Source: Candidatus Multivoradales bacterium (GTDB taxonomy: Bacteria; Acidobacteriota; Thermoanaerobaculia; Multivoradales; Multivoraceae). Taken from it: a stretch of 64,000 bases of DNA. Shown here in pieces: positions 49,268-59,484 of this stretch. The first letter of the stretch is position 1; each line of letters starts with the position of its first letter. Under the pieces are notes generated by a model, which saw nothing but the letters and a program-made list of their open reading frames with translations, was not told where the DNA came from and did not search any database. The position numbers and the translations under genes are program-made. Location of the stretch: contig CBDCWI010000001.1 of NCBI GenBank assembly GCA_965223325.1, positions 1,120,001-1,184,000 on the forward strand, written 5' to 3'.

Positions 49268-51022
49268 ATGAGTTATCGGTTGCATCCGGTAGCACCGGGT
49301 CACACGCGTACGCGCCGCAGTGGTCGGCGCGAGTACCGGGAGCTGCGCCGCCAGCAGCGCCGCGGCATGACACGTCTCGCCGACGCGATTCGAAGCGCCG
49401 GGTCGCACCGCGCTTCGCGCTCACCCTCATTCGAGCGCTTGACCCAGGAGGGCAGCGCACCTTCGCGACCTCCCCTGCACGTCATCGTCATGTGCAGGCT
49501 GGGCTTCGGCGTGCGCGCGGGCTACCTGAGTGAGTGGAACGCCCTCGGCTCAAACGACCCTGACCGGCTCGAGAGCTGGCTCCTCCAGCAGCTCGACCCC
49601 GAGAGCATCAACGACAGCGACTGCGACAACCGCATCAGCAACGCCAACTTCACGACCCTCGGCAAGACGGCCGACCAGGTCTGGGCCGACCACGTCGTGC
49701 CCGACCCCGAATGGGAAGTCTGGCGCCGGCCCTTTACCGAGACCGAGCTGGTGACCATGCTGCGCGCCGTCTATTCGAAGCGCCAGCTCTACGAAGCCAC
49801 GGTGCGTTTCTGGCACGACCACTTCAGCATCTATGGCGAGGAAGTCTCACCGTACTTTCTGACCTACGACCGCGACGTCATCCGACCCAACGCGTTCGGA
49901 AACTTCGAAACCATGCTGAAGGGGGTCGCACGTCACCCCGCAATGCTCGAGTACCTCGACAACAAGCGCAACTCCTACGTGCCCTACCTCGAGAACGACG
50001 GCATCAACGAGAACTACGCCCGTGAACTGCTCGAGCTGCACACGCTCGGCGATGAGCACTACTTCAAGGGTGTACACCCCGACGACGTTCCCCGCGACGG
50101 CGCTCTGGCGGTTGGCTATACCGACTTCGACGTCACCATGGCAGCACGTTGTTTGACCGGTTGGACGATCTCCGACCAGGACTGGGACCCGGAGGTCGGC
50201 TACACGGGCCGCTTCAAGTACATGCACTCCTGGCATGACACAGTGACCGACAAGGTCATCCTCGGCGCACCGATCAACGGCAAGGACGAGCCCACCAAAG
50301 AAGGCATGCGACTCTTGCGGCGCCTGGCTCGCCACCGCAGCACCGCGCTTTTCATCGCGCGCAAGATGTGCCGTCGCTTCATCGCCGACGAGCCACCCGA
50401 GTCGCTCGTACAGAGCACCGCTGACGTCTTCATGGCAGGTCTCGACTCGGACAGCCAAATCGCCGACATGATCTGGCACATCGCAACCTCGACCGCCTTC
50501 GCCACGACCTGGGGCCAGAAAGTGAGGCGCCCCTGGGAGATCTTCATCGCAGCGATGCGCGCCAGCGGTGCCGAGTTCGAGTTTGACGAGACCGACACCT
50601 ACCTCGGTCTGCTCTGGTGGATGTCGGTCATCGGGCACCTGCCGTTCCATTGGGAACCACCCGACGGCTATCCCGATACTCGCGAGGCCTGGATCAGCAG
50701 CTCACCGCGAGTGATGAGCTGGGACTTCGTGGCGTACCTGACCGCTGTACGCCGCGACAACTGGGAAGGCCCCTACTACGCCGACATGGTCAGCGCGACG
50801 CCGGCAGACAAGAACACTGCCAACGAGCTGGTCGACTACTGGGCCAACCGCATCTTCAGGCGCAGCCTGCCGGCGGCCGAGCGTGCCGTCCTGCGTGACT
50901 ACATGGCCAACGGCGCCGGCCCCGACGACGCGCTCAACTTCGACGACTGGTGGGACGCCCCGGCGAGAATGCAGGCTATGGTTTCCTTGATGTTCTCTTC
51001 CCCGTCGTTCTTGTTCCTCTAA
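49268..51022 (+). CDS. DUF1800 family protein
   Basis: RLGFG, QLYE, FWHDHF, MLEYLDN, NENYARELLELHTLG, LTGW, PDGY; SD GAGGAG. Confidence 0.92.
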   Translation: MSYRLHPVAPGHTRTRRSGRREYRELRRQQRRGMTRLADAIRSAGSHRASRSPSFERLTQEGSAPSRPPLHVIVMCRLGFGVRAGYLSEWNALGSNDPDRLESWLLQQLDPESINDSDCDNRISNANFTTLGKTADQVWADHVVPDPEWEVWRRPFTETELVTMLRAVYSKRQLYEATVRFWHDHFSIYGEEVSPYFLTYDRDVIRPNAFGNFETMLKGVARHPAMLEYLDNKRNSYVPYLENDGINENYARELLELHTLGDEHYFKGVHPDDVPRDGALAVGYTDFDVTMAARCLTGWTISDQDWDPEVGYTGRFKYMHSWHDTVTDKVILGAPINGKDEPTKEGMRLLRRLARHRSTALFIARKMCRRFIADEPPESLVQSTADVFMAGLDSDSQIADMIWHIATSTAFATTWGQKVRRPWEIFIAAMRASGAEFEFDETDTYLGLLWWMSVIGHLPFHWEPPDGYPDTREAWISSSPRVMSWDFVAYLTAVRRDNWEGPYYADMVSATPADKNTANELVDYWANRIFRRSLPAAERAVLRDYMANGAGPDDALNFDDWWDAPARMQAMVSLMFSSPSFLFL

Positions 51023-51092
51023 GAGAACGCCCCGGCTCACCCCGTCAGGAAGCTTCCCTAATCTGAACTCCGATCCGAAGAGAGACTGACCG

Positions 51093-52472
51093 ATGACTAC
51101 ATCCACAACCCAACGCCCGGGCCACTTCGATCGCCGCCGATTCATGTGCGGTTGTTCCGCCGCTATCGCATCGCTCGCCGGCTCACGCATGAGCAGTGTT
51201 GCCTTCGGCGCCGACCGCTTCGAGAACCGCAACACCCTGGTGGTGGTCTTCCTGCGCGGTGGCATGGACGGGCTGTCCGGCTTCCCACCCATCGCCGGCT
51301 CCGACCGTGGCCACTTCGAAAACGCCCGACCAGACGTTCACCTACCGCTCACCGGTTCGAACCGGGTGCTGCCGCTCGACGGAGGCATGTGGGGCATTCA
51401 TCCCGTCGCCGCACCCCTGCGCGAGGTCTACAACGACGGTGGCCTCGCCCTGATCCCGGCGTGCGGCATGGAGAAGGTCAACCGCAGCCACTTCGACGCC
51501 ATGGAGTTCATCGAGCGCGGTGCCCCGACGGCGCTCGACCAGGGCCGCGGGTGGCTGACGCGCCACCTCAAAAGTGCGCTGACCAAGCCGGTGGAGTCGC
51601 AGATCGAAGCTTATTCCGGTGGCGACCAACCGTCGTCGCTGCGCGGCAACTACGACACGGTGAACTTCTTCTCCCCCGACTGGTTCTACATCAACAGTGG
51701 CGCCTACTGGCCACTCGACGATCACATCGCTGCCGTTCGTGACCTGTACTCGAATGGTAGCTCCTGGCTCCACGACTCAGGCGCCGCAGCCTGGGACGCC
51801 ATGCAGCTCGTGCAGGACAACATCGATCCTGACTACACGTCGGCCAGTGACATTGCCTATCCCGAAACCAACTTCGGCGACCAGATGCGCTACGCCGCGC
51901 AGATGATCAAGCTCGACATGGGTCTGCAGGCGGCAACAGTCGACATCGGCGGCTGGGATCATCACGAGGGGCTCGGGGTCACCCCCGGCGGTTCGTTCTA
52001 CGAGCTGTTCGGAGAACTCACCACCACCCTCGCGGCTTTCTACGCCGACCTCGAGGCCTCGGGCGGCGACGTACTCGAGCGCGCCACCGTGGTGGTACAA
52101 AGCGAGTTCGGTCGGGAACTGCGCCAGAACGCCGACGGCGGTACCGAGCATGGCTACGGCAACCACGTGATGGTGCTCGGCGGAGCGGTCAACGGCGGTG
52201 TGCATGGCACCTGGCCGGGTCTTGCACCCGGCGAGCTCTACGACGGCACCGACGTCGCGGTGACAACCGACTATCGCCAGGTTCTCTCCGAGGTTCTCAT
52301 CCGTCGCCAGAGCAACCCGATGTTGGGCCAGATCTTTCCTGGCTACGACACCTATCAGCCACTAGGCATCGTCCAGGGGCCCGACCTGCCTGTCGACAGC
52401 GACGGTTTCACCCTGTTCAGTGACAACTTCGAGAGCGGGAACGCCAACGCCTGGGATAGCCGCAACGGTTAG
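51093..52472 (+). CDS. Tat-exported DUF1501 family protein with C-terminal tag
   Basis: DRRRFM Tat motif, LRGGMDG, RSHF, GWDHH, SEFGR, DYRQV; ends LFSDNFESGNANAWDSRNG. Confidence 0.92.
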   Translation: MTTSTTQRPGHFDRRRFMCGCSAAIASLAGSRMSSVAFGADRFENRNTLVVVFLRGGMDGLSGFPPIAGSDRGHFENARPDVHLPLTGSNRVLPLDGGMWGIHPVAAPLREVYNDGGLALIPACGMEKVNRSHFDAMEFIERGAPTALDQGRGWLTRHLKSALTKPVESQIEAYSGGDQPSSLRGNYDTVNFFSPDWFYINSGAYWPLDDHIAAVRDLYSNGSSWLHDSGAAAWDAMQLVQDNIDPDYTSASDIAYPETNFGDQMRYAAQMIKLDMGLQAATVDIGGWDHHEGLGVTPGGSFYELFGELTTTLAAFYADLEASGGDVLERATVVVQSEFGRELRQNADGGTEHGYGNHVMVLGGAVNGGVHGTWPGLAPGELYDGTDVAVTTDYRQVLSEVLIRRQSNPMLGQIFPGYDTYQPLGIVQGPDLPVDSDGFTLFSDNFESGNANAWDSRNG

Positions 52473-52522
52473 GCGACCCCGCCAGGATGCCCTCGAGGAG
52501 GTAGCGGCGCTATGCTTTCGGC

Positions 52523-53953
52523 ATGCGACACCACATCCTCAGGAGCCGTGGGTGTCTTTGGAACCTCGCATGGCTCGCGATCGCAGGTGCGGTCAGCCTC
52601 GTTGTAACCGGTACTCCACGTGCGGAGGCGGCTGAAGCGCCCTGGCCGTCCTTTCGCGGCCCGGAGGCATCGGGAATCAACGACGGCCAGAACCTGCCGG
52701 CCGACTTTGACGTCGAGACCGGTGAGAACGTTCGGTGGCGCGTTGCGGTGCCGGGCCTGGCGCACTCGAGCCCGATCGTCGCTGGCGGGCAGGTCGTTGT
52801 CACCAGCGCGATCTCGAGTCGTGATGACGCTGACTTCAAGCATGGGCTCTACGGTGCGGGCGACGCCTCGTCAGATCGCACGCCCCACGAATTCGCCGTC
52901 ATGGCCTTCGATGTCGAAACCGGTGTCGAACGCTGGCGCACTGTTGCTCATCGCGGAGTGCCTAAGGAGAAGCGCCACATCAAGGCGACCTACGCTAACC
53001 AAACCCCGGCGACCGACGGGCGCGTGGTCGTCGCGTTCTTCGGCTCGGAAGGACTCTTCGGTCTCGACCTCCGGAGCGGCGAGATGCTCTGGCAGCGCAA
53101 CCTCGGCACCTTCGATGTCGGTGCCTACGACGCGCCCACCTACGAGTGGGGCTCGGCAAGCTCGCCGATGATCTGGCAGGACCTGGTCTTCGTACAAGTC
53201 GACACGCAGAACGAAGACTTCATCATGGCGCTAGACGTCGCGACCGGTGCCACGCGTTGGCGAAGCGAGCGCGACGAGCTGCCCTCCTGGGGCACACCGA
53301 ACGTTCTCGCCCACGACGGGGTGGCCGAGCTGGTCACCAACGGTGCCAAACTGATCCGCGGCTACGATCCCCGCACCGGAGAACAGCTGTGGCAGCTCGG
53401 CCCGAGCTCCAAGATCACCGCGCCGACACCGATCAGCGATGGCAACGGACACTTCATCGTTGCTAGCGGCCGCCGCCCCGAGAAACCGATCTTCGTCATT
53501 CGTGCGGGTGCGCGCGGTGACCTCACCCTTGCGGCCGGTGAAAGCAACAGTGAACACATTGCTTGGAGTTTGCGCGGAAAGGGGCCCTACATGCCCACCC
53601 CTCTCGCACTCGATGGTGTTCTCTACGTGTTGCAGAACGAGGGCATCTTCGCCGCCTACTCGCTCGCCGATGGCACCGAGCACTACCGTACGCGCATCGA
53701 ACATCGCGGCTCAGGCTACAGCGCCTCGCCGGTAGCCGCCGATGGACTGATCTACCTGCCTTCGGAGGACGGCGATCTGCACGTTGTCGAAGCCGGGCCG
53801 GCCTACCGGCAGATCAGCACTCTCGACATCGGTGAACGACTCATGGCGACCCCAGCGATCGCCGACGGCGCACTCTTCGTGCGCGGCCGCTCGCACTTGC
53901 TGGCCGTAGCCCGCGACGCCTCCCCTGCAAAAAGCGCTTCGAACCCCAACTAG
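52523..53953 (+). CDS. Exported PQQ-like beta-propeller (BamB-like) protein
   Basis: WPSFRGP, HSSPIV, repeated D-x-x-TG-x-x-x-W, SASPVAADG, ATPAI. Confidence 0.9.
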   Translation: MRHHILRSRGCLWNLAWLAIAGAVSLVVTGTPRAEAAEAPWPSFRGPEASGINDGQNLPADFDVETGENVRWRVAVPGLAHSSPIVAGGQVVVTSAISSRDDADFKHGLYGAGDASSDRTPHEFAVMAFDVETGVERWRTVAHRGVPKEKRHIKATYANQTPATDGRVVVAFFGSEGLFGLDLRSGEMLWQRNLGTFDVGAYDAPTYEWGSASSPMIWQDLVFVQVDTQNEDFIMALDVATGATRWRSERDELPSWGTPNVLAHDGVAELVTNGAKLIRGYDPRTGEQLWQLGPSSKITAPTPISDGNGHFIVASGRRPEKPIFVIRAGARGDLTLAAGESNSEHIAWSLRGKGPYMPTPLALDGVLYVLQNEGIFAAYSLADGTEHYRTRIEHRGSGYSASPVAADGLIYLPSEDGDLHVVEAGPAYRQISTLDIGERLMATPAIADGALFVRGRSHLLAVARDASPAKSASNPN

Positions 53954-53970
53954 CGGAAGCGCCAAAGCCT

Positions 53971-56091
53971 TTGCAGGAAACGGTCCCAGAGCGTAGCCGG
54001 CGAACGCTGGTACTCATCGGAGCAATCGCCGGCGGACTCGCCGCCGCTCCGTGGGTCATCCCGTCCGACCTGCTGGGGCCATTGGCTCGCAGCGCGGGTG
54101 GCCTGGGAACGCTGTCCTGGTACCTCCTTCTGTTTGTCGCTCTACTGGTTGCTCGCCGCGCCGGCGAGAGACTGGTGAAAGCGTCACCGCAGTTGGCGCG
54201 CGCTCTGCGCCTTTTCAGTTGGATCGCCACCAGCGCCTTGCTGGCGGTCATTCTAGTGAGCTGGGGCTCACGCATATCGTCTGGGTTGTTCCTCAATCGC
54301 GAGATGCTGGCCTTCTTCTTTTCCAATCTCGGCCTGGTCTTCTCGTTCCTTCGTCCAGTCGAGTTGTTCGGCATCACCGCTGGGGCTCTCCTTGCAGCAT
54401 TTCTCGTGTGGCCGCTGCGACGGTTGCTGGACCTGGTCTGGAACGAGCTCGACCGCGGCGGTCAGGCGCGACGTTCACTCCTCGTCCTCGCGTCCTTCGC
54501 GGTACTCGGCATCGGGTGGGCCGGCATCTGGGTTCCTCGCGTCGCGGGTCCCGGCATCAGGGATGCCGGCGAAGAACCCCCGCGGTTTGCTGCCCTCGCG
54601 CCGCTTCCCGCACTGCTCGACGACGCCTCGCGCCTGGTTGGGGTTCGCACCGCGCCCAGTCGAGTCCGTGCGCAGAAGGCCGGCTGGCGCCTCGAGGCGA
54701 CGGAGACCGCCCAGAGCTTCGGCCCGCTCACGGTGCGACTCGAGGCGCACATCTCGCCGCAGGAGTGGTCAGAGAGGCAGACCACCCCCGATCTCGACGT
54801 CTTGCTGGTGGTCGTTGAAAGCCTGCGCCTCGACGCCATCCTGCGCTCCGAGCCACCGGTGTTGATGCCCTTCATAGCGACCCGGGCACGTGAAGGTTGG
54901 GCCTTTGCCGAAACGCGCGCTCAAGGCGGCGAGACGCGCTACGGCACGGCCGCCATTCTGTCTTCGGTCAACCCGTACCGCGGACCGGGCGGAAACGGTT
55001 TCAGCGAGGACATACCCAGGGTCACCGTATTCGAACCGCTTGGCTGGCTCGGCTACGCCACCGGCATCTTCGCGTCGTCGAACGACCTGTGGGGCAACCT
55101 CTCGACGTTCTACCGCGCCGAGCGCGCCGACACCTTCTTTCACGCCGAGACCTACGACGGTGAGCGGCTGAGCACGCCGCTCGATGGCGGCGTCTATGCC
55201 GAGATCCAGGCTGGCCGCATGACCGGCGGCTCTCTCGATGACCGGGTGACGGTCAGCAAGTTGATCGATTGGGTCGGTGACCTGCCTCCCGAGAAGCCGT
55301 TCTTTGCCTACCTGAACCTGCAGACCGCCCACTTTCCCTATGAGCAGGGCTTCGGAGTTCCCACTCCGTTCCTTCCCAACGAAGCTGCCGGGGTTTCCTT
55401 TCTCCAGTACCCACCGGAAGCGTGCCCGGCGATGCGTAACCGCTATTGGAACTCGCTCCGCTTCCTCGACCGCCAGCTCTTCGACGTTTTCGAGGGGCTG
55501 CGCGCCAACCACCGTCTGGAGCGCACGCTGGTTGTCGTGACCAGTGACCACGGTCAGGCTCTGTGCGAGAACCGCGAGGTCACCCACGGCAAACGACTGG
55601 TCGAGCCGGTCGCACGCATTCCGCTCCTGTTCCTCGGACCGGAGGGCCGCGTCCCGGTGCAACTCGACCGGCGCGCCGCACAGCAACTCGACATTGCACC
55701 GACGATCTTCGCGCTCCTCGGACTCGAGCCCCACCCCGCCTTCCAGGGCATCAACCTCGCGAGTGCCGTCGAAGCCGAAGGCAGTCGCCCGCTCTTTGCG
55801 TCGGTCCAGCACCTCGAGTCACAGGAGGCGCTGTGGTGGCAGGGCAAGAAACTGCTCGACAGCGACGCCGGCCGGCTCGACCGCGCCCTCTTCGATCTCG
55901 GGGAGGATCCGCACGAACGCCAGGATCTCCTCCCTCTGAACGCGCGAGAAGGCGAGTTCATGCTCGAGGTTCTCGACGCCCTTCGCGCCGTGCAGATCGA
56001 GTACTACCAGCGCGATGACCTCAAAGAGCACTACTACCCGCCGCAAGTCGAGGCAGCCAGGTCGCCCTCGAGCGTGAGCCAACTCCCCTAA
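53971..56091 (+). CDS. Membrane-anchored alkaline phosphatase/sulfatase-superfamily enzyme (LtaS/YejM-like)
   Basis: N-terminal TM helices; VVESLR, AHFPY, TSDHG, THG, DIAPT. Confidence 0.85.
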   Translation: MQETVPERSRRTLVLIGAIAGGLAAAPWVIPSDLLGPLARSAGGLGTLSWYLLLFVALLVARRAGERLVKASPQLARALRLFSWIATSALLAVILVSWGSRISSGLFLNREMLAFFFSNLGLVFSFLRPVELFGITAGALLAAFLVWPLRRLLDLVWNELDRGGQARRSLLVLASFAVLGIGWAGIWVPRVAGPGIRDAGEEPPRFAALAPLPALLDDASRLVGVRTAPSRVRAQKAGWRLEATETAQSFGPLTVRLEAHISPQEWSERQTTPDLDVLLVVVESLRLDAILRSEPPVLMPFIATRAREGWAFAETRAQGGETRYGTAAILSSVNPYRGPGGNGFSEDIPRVTVFEPLGWLGYATGIFASSNDLWGNLSTFYRAERADTFFHAETYDGERLSTPLDGGVYAEIQAGRMTGGSLDDRVTVSKLIDWVGDLPPEKPFFAYLNLQTAHFPYEQGFGVPTPFLPNEAAGVSFLQYPPEACPAMRNRYWNSLRFLDRQLFDVFEGLRANHRLERTLVVVTSDHGQALCENREVTHGKRLVEPVARIPLLFLGPEGRVPVQLDRRAAQQLDIAPTIFALLGLEPHPAFQGINLASAVEAEGSRPLFASVQHLESQEALWWQGKKLLDSDAGRLDRALFDLGEDPHERQDLLPLNAREGEFMLEVLDALRAVQIEYYQRDDLKEHYYPPQVEAARSPSSVSQLP

Positions 56092-56162
56092 GGGCAAGCC
56101 TTCGGAGCTACGGCGCTTCCGCCGCTTCCAGGCGGTGACCACTTACCGTGGGCGGCGTCGAT

Positions 56163-56191
56163 TTGCTCGATTCAAAGGCATTTCATAGAAT
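56163..56191 (+). promoter_or_regulatory. Putative sigma70 promoter
   Basis: TTGCTC-N17-TAGAAT in an AT-rich patch. Confidence 0.55.
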
Positions 56192-56297
56192 TAACCACAT
56201 ATTACGATGTTTGGAAGCATCGCATCCCTTGCAATCGACTGGCGGGCCATCTCCCAGCCAGTCTCAGGCTCTCGAGCTCTTTTCGGAGGCCACTCTC

Positions 56298-59200
56298 ATG
56301 TCGCTCCTGTTGACCCGCATCCCAAGCCAGGCCATAGCCTTCACCGTCGGCCTACTCCTTCTTTCGGCTGCAGCGGGTGCCTCGACCATCTCGGTATTCG
56401 ATCCCGCAGACCTGGTCCTGGTCGAAGAGATCGATTGTTCCCAGGCGCCACCCGCCGGCCGCTTCGCAGAGTCTGAGCCAAACGCCAGCTATGTCGACAC
56501 CATCCTGTCGCGTGGAGCGCGCGTCCTCGACCCGAGCGACGACGCGCGCTGGTTCGCCTACAAGGTCGGTACTGGCGAAGGTCTGGTCTCCGGACAGGCC
56601 TACGTACTGCAGATCGACTACGCCGAAGACACCGCTCGCTCGATCGCGATCGTCAATCGAGGAGCCGAGGTCTACCGCGGCCTGCACACCGGTCGCGCCC
56701 TTGGCGACACCTTGCACGGCTACGGCCATGCCAATCCAGAATCACTCGACCTGCCACTCTCCGACCAGTGGGAAACCTGGGAGAACCTCTTCTGGCTGCA
56801 CGACCGGACGGCGGGCTTGACCCTCCGGCGGGGGACCTGGAATGACCCCCTGGACCGCGACGACTTTCCGAATCTCCCCGATGACGGCTTCTGGGTGATC
56901 ATCGCCCACCACATGGAGTCGGACACTCCGGTCTCAGACGGCGCCGCGATCTCGCGCATCCGCCTCTACAGCATTGCCGAGCCCGACGCCTACGACACGA
57001 CAATCAATCTGCCGCCCAATGACCTGCCGCACCGCTACGTCTTCTGGCGCGAAGAGATGGCCGATCGCATCGTCGATGCCGATCTCGCCGGTGATCGTGC
57101 GGTCGCCGATGCGACCGACTACTTCGAGTACAAGATGAAGCTGGCGCGCTTCCTCGGCATCAACACCTTCTCAAAGGACCTGCTCGAGTTCGGGCACAAC
57201 CAGGGCTTTGACGCCGAACCCTACGGTGGCGCCGACTGGTTCGTCGAACCCGACTACGACCAGCGCTGGCAGCTGATGCTCGACCGCGTCTCGACCTACG
57301 GGCTTTCGGTCATGCCCTACTTCGAGTGGGCCGGTAGCACCGGCGACACGCTCGGCCTCGGCCGACATCGCCGGGCCGAACCGCTCAACGACAAGGCGCC
57401 ACACTTCCCTGACTACACCGATGTCGCCTGGAGTGAGACCTGGAACGTCGATATCACCGACCCGGCTGCTGCTGTTGATCTCGAGCGACTCCTCGACACC
57501 ACCATCGTGCGCCACGCCCACCGCGCTGACTTCATCGGCGCCTGGCTGCGAACTCGCAACAGCCACATACCGATCGGCTTCGCCGACGAGACTCGCCTGC
57601 GCTTTTCGCGCGACCTTGGGCTTCCACCCGTATCGCGAGCCGACCTCATCAACGACCAGGGCCTGCGCAACAGCTACTACGAGTGGTGGCTGGCCCGGCG
57701 AGCCGACTTCCTTGCCGCGGCTCAGGACTGGTTGGCAGGCGAGCTTGGCAACGACCCGGTCGTCCTATTGACGACCGATCACAGCGAGGCCGGCAAGGCG
57801 CTGCCGGGACCGCGGGCGATCGTCAACGACCACACCAGCACCTGGTCGCTCGACATTCCGCAGTACTGGACGAACCTCGATCAACGCACTGTTCTCGAAC
57901 AGGAGCGCCACCTGACCGCCCTGACCAGCCCCGAGGCCGACTACGGCAGCTATGAGAACTCCCATTCGACGCCCTGGGCCGATCCGCAGCGTTACATCGA
58001 CGACCAGCACATCGCTTTGACCTACGGCTTTCACCGCGCCTACTCGACCAGTTCCCCCCATGCTCTCTCTGCCTTCGACACGCTCGAGGGAGGTGGCCTG
58101 GCGCTGGTACGGCATCACTTTCTCAACGAAGATCGAATGATCACCAAAGCGGCCGATGAGAGTGGCGCCTGGTACGAAGGTTCAGTGCTCGGCTACACCG
58201 TTTTCGACTTCGAACGCACTGGGTCGTTTTCGATGATGGCCGAGGCCTTGGCGATCGCCAACGGCAACCCGCGTTACATCGGCTACCTGGTAGGGAACAA
58301 CTTCAACCGCGGCTTTCCGTCGTACGTGCGTCGTTTCAACCGCGCGTTCCTATCGCTACCGGCCCTCCCGAGCACTCGTCTCGCCGGCGCCGCCAGCCAT
58401 GACGACGTGGCGGTGCGCCGCATCTTGACTGAGAGCGACGGCACCTGGTTCGCCGTCGTCAATACCTCGGCCGTAACGCTCGAAGGGGTGACGGTCGAGT
58501 TCGGCGCCACCGGAGAACTCACTGACGCTGCCACCAACACGCAGCTCGCGGCATCGGCGGCTGGTTTCACATTCGATCTCTACCCCTACGAGCTGCGTAG
58601 CGTTCATTTGAGCAGTGCACCGGACACGTCGGCCGAAGACCCGTTGGAGATCACCCTGGCTTCACCGCTTTCCGACGCGACCTGTCGGAGCGGCACACCC
58701 CTCACCGTCGAGGCGACGGTCAACACCAGCCGGTCACCAGGAGCTTCTCCGACACGGCTTCTGACCGACCCGACCCACCTTCGGTTGACCGCCGACGGTG
58801 CCGCTTACCAGCATCTCAAGATCGGCTACAGCTCGGACCACATCCACGCCGAGAGCACGAGCCCAACGGCAGGTGGCCAAGACACCCTGGTGCTCGAGCT
58901 GCGCGATTTCGCCGGCGGTGCCCAATGGGACGAACTCAAGGTCCGGACGCCGGATGGCAGCGAAGTCATCATCGGCACCTACCTGGTGGGCGACGCTGCC
59001 GACTGGACCGAGGTCCAGATCCCCGTCAGCGTCTTCGGCGCGACGTCGTTCGACAACATCTCGTATCTCTCGGTGCCGTTTACCACCAATGACCAGAGTC
59101 TCGACCTCGGCATCAGCCGCATCGAGTTCACCGGCGGCAGCGGCCCGGTGACCTGGTTCGGTGAGGGCCACACGACCAACGCGACCGAGCTGGGCAACGG

Positions 59201-59477
59201 AATGACCGTCGAGCTCGTTCAAGGCGACGGCCCAGAAGACCCGTCGGGGAATCTGCGCGTCACATTGTTCCGAGACGGTGAGGTTCTCCTGCGCCGCTCG
59301 TCGCCGCCCTACCAGGTGACCTGGACTCCCGATGGCCATGGCCCGGTCGAAATCTTCGCAGTGGTCGAGGACGGAAACGGCAACCGGGCGGTTGATCGGC
59401 GGAGCATTTTCGTCCAGAGCGGCGCCCTCTTCGAAGACGACTTCGAGTCCGGCGGAGTCACCGCCTGGTTCAACTGA
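56298..59477 (+). CDS. Large exported protein: unknown (possibly GH-like) core, Ig-like domain with inserted CBM-like module, C-terminal tag
   Basis: ATG 56298 with GGAGG SD; signal peptide; ends LFEDDFESGGVTAWFN. Confidence 0.8.
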   Translation: MSLLLTRIPSQAIAFTVGLLLLSAAAGASTISVFDPADLVLVEEIDCSQAPPAGRFAESEPNASYVDTILSRGARVLDPSDDARWFAYKVGTGEGLVSGQAYVLQIDYAEDTARSIAIVNRGAEVYRGLHTGRALGDTLHGYGHANPESLDLPLSDQWETWENLFWLHDRTAGLTLRRGTWNDPLDRDDFPNLPDDGFWVIIAHHMESDTPVSDGAAISRIRLYSIAEPDAYDTTINLPPNDLPHRYVFWREEMADRIVDADLAGDRAVADATDYFEYKMKLARFLGINTFSKDLLEFGHNQGFDAEPYGGADWFVEPDYDQRWQLMLDRVSTYGLSVMPYFEWAGSTGDTLGLGRHRRAEPLNDKAPHFPDYTDVAWSETWNVDITDPAAAVDLERLLDTTIVRHAHRADFIGAWLRTRNSHIPIGFADETRLRFSRDLGLPPVSRADLINDQGLRNSYYEWWLARRADFLAAAQDWLAGELGNDPVVLLTTDHSEAGKALPGPRAIVNDHTSTWSLDIPQYWTNLDQRTVLEQERHLTALTSPEADYGSYENSHSTPWADPQRYIDDQHIALTYGFHRAYSTSSPHALSAFDTLEGGGLALVRHHFLNEDRMITKAADESGAWYEGSVLGYTVFDFERTGSFSMMAEALAIANGNPRYIGYLVGNNFNRGFPSYVRRFNRAFLSLPALPSTRLAGAASHDDVAVRRILTESDGTWFAVVNTSAVTLEGVTVEFGATGELTDAATNTQLAASAAGFTFDLYPYELRSVHLSSAPDTSAEDPLEITLASPLSDATCRSGTPLTVEATVNTSRSPGASPTRLLTDPTHLRLTADGAAYQHLKIGYSSDHIHAESTSPTAGGQDTLVLELRDFAGGAQWDELKVRTPDGSEVIIGTYLVGDAADWTEVQIPVSVFGATSFDNISYLSVPFTTNDQSLDLGISRIEFTGGSGPVTWFGEGHTTNATELGNGMTVELVQGDGPEDPSGNLRVTLFRDGEVLLRRSSPPYQVTWTPDGHGPVEIFAVVEDGNGNRAVDRRSIFVQSGALFEDDFESGGVTAWFN

Positions 59478-59484
59478 GAAGAGC

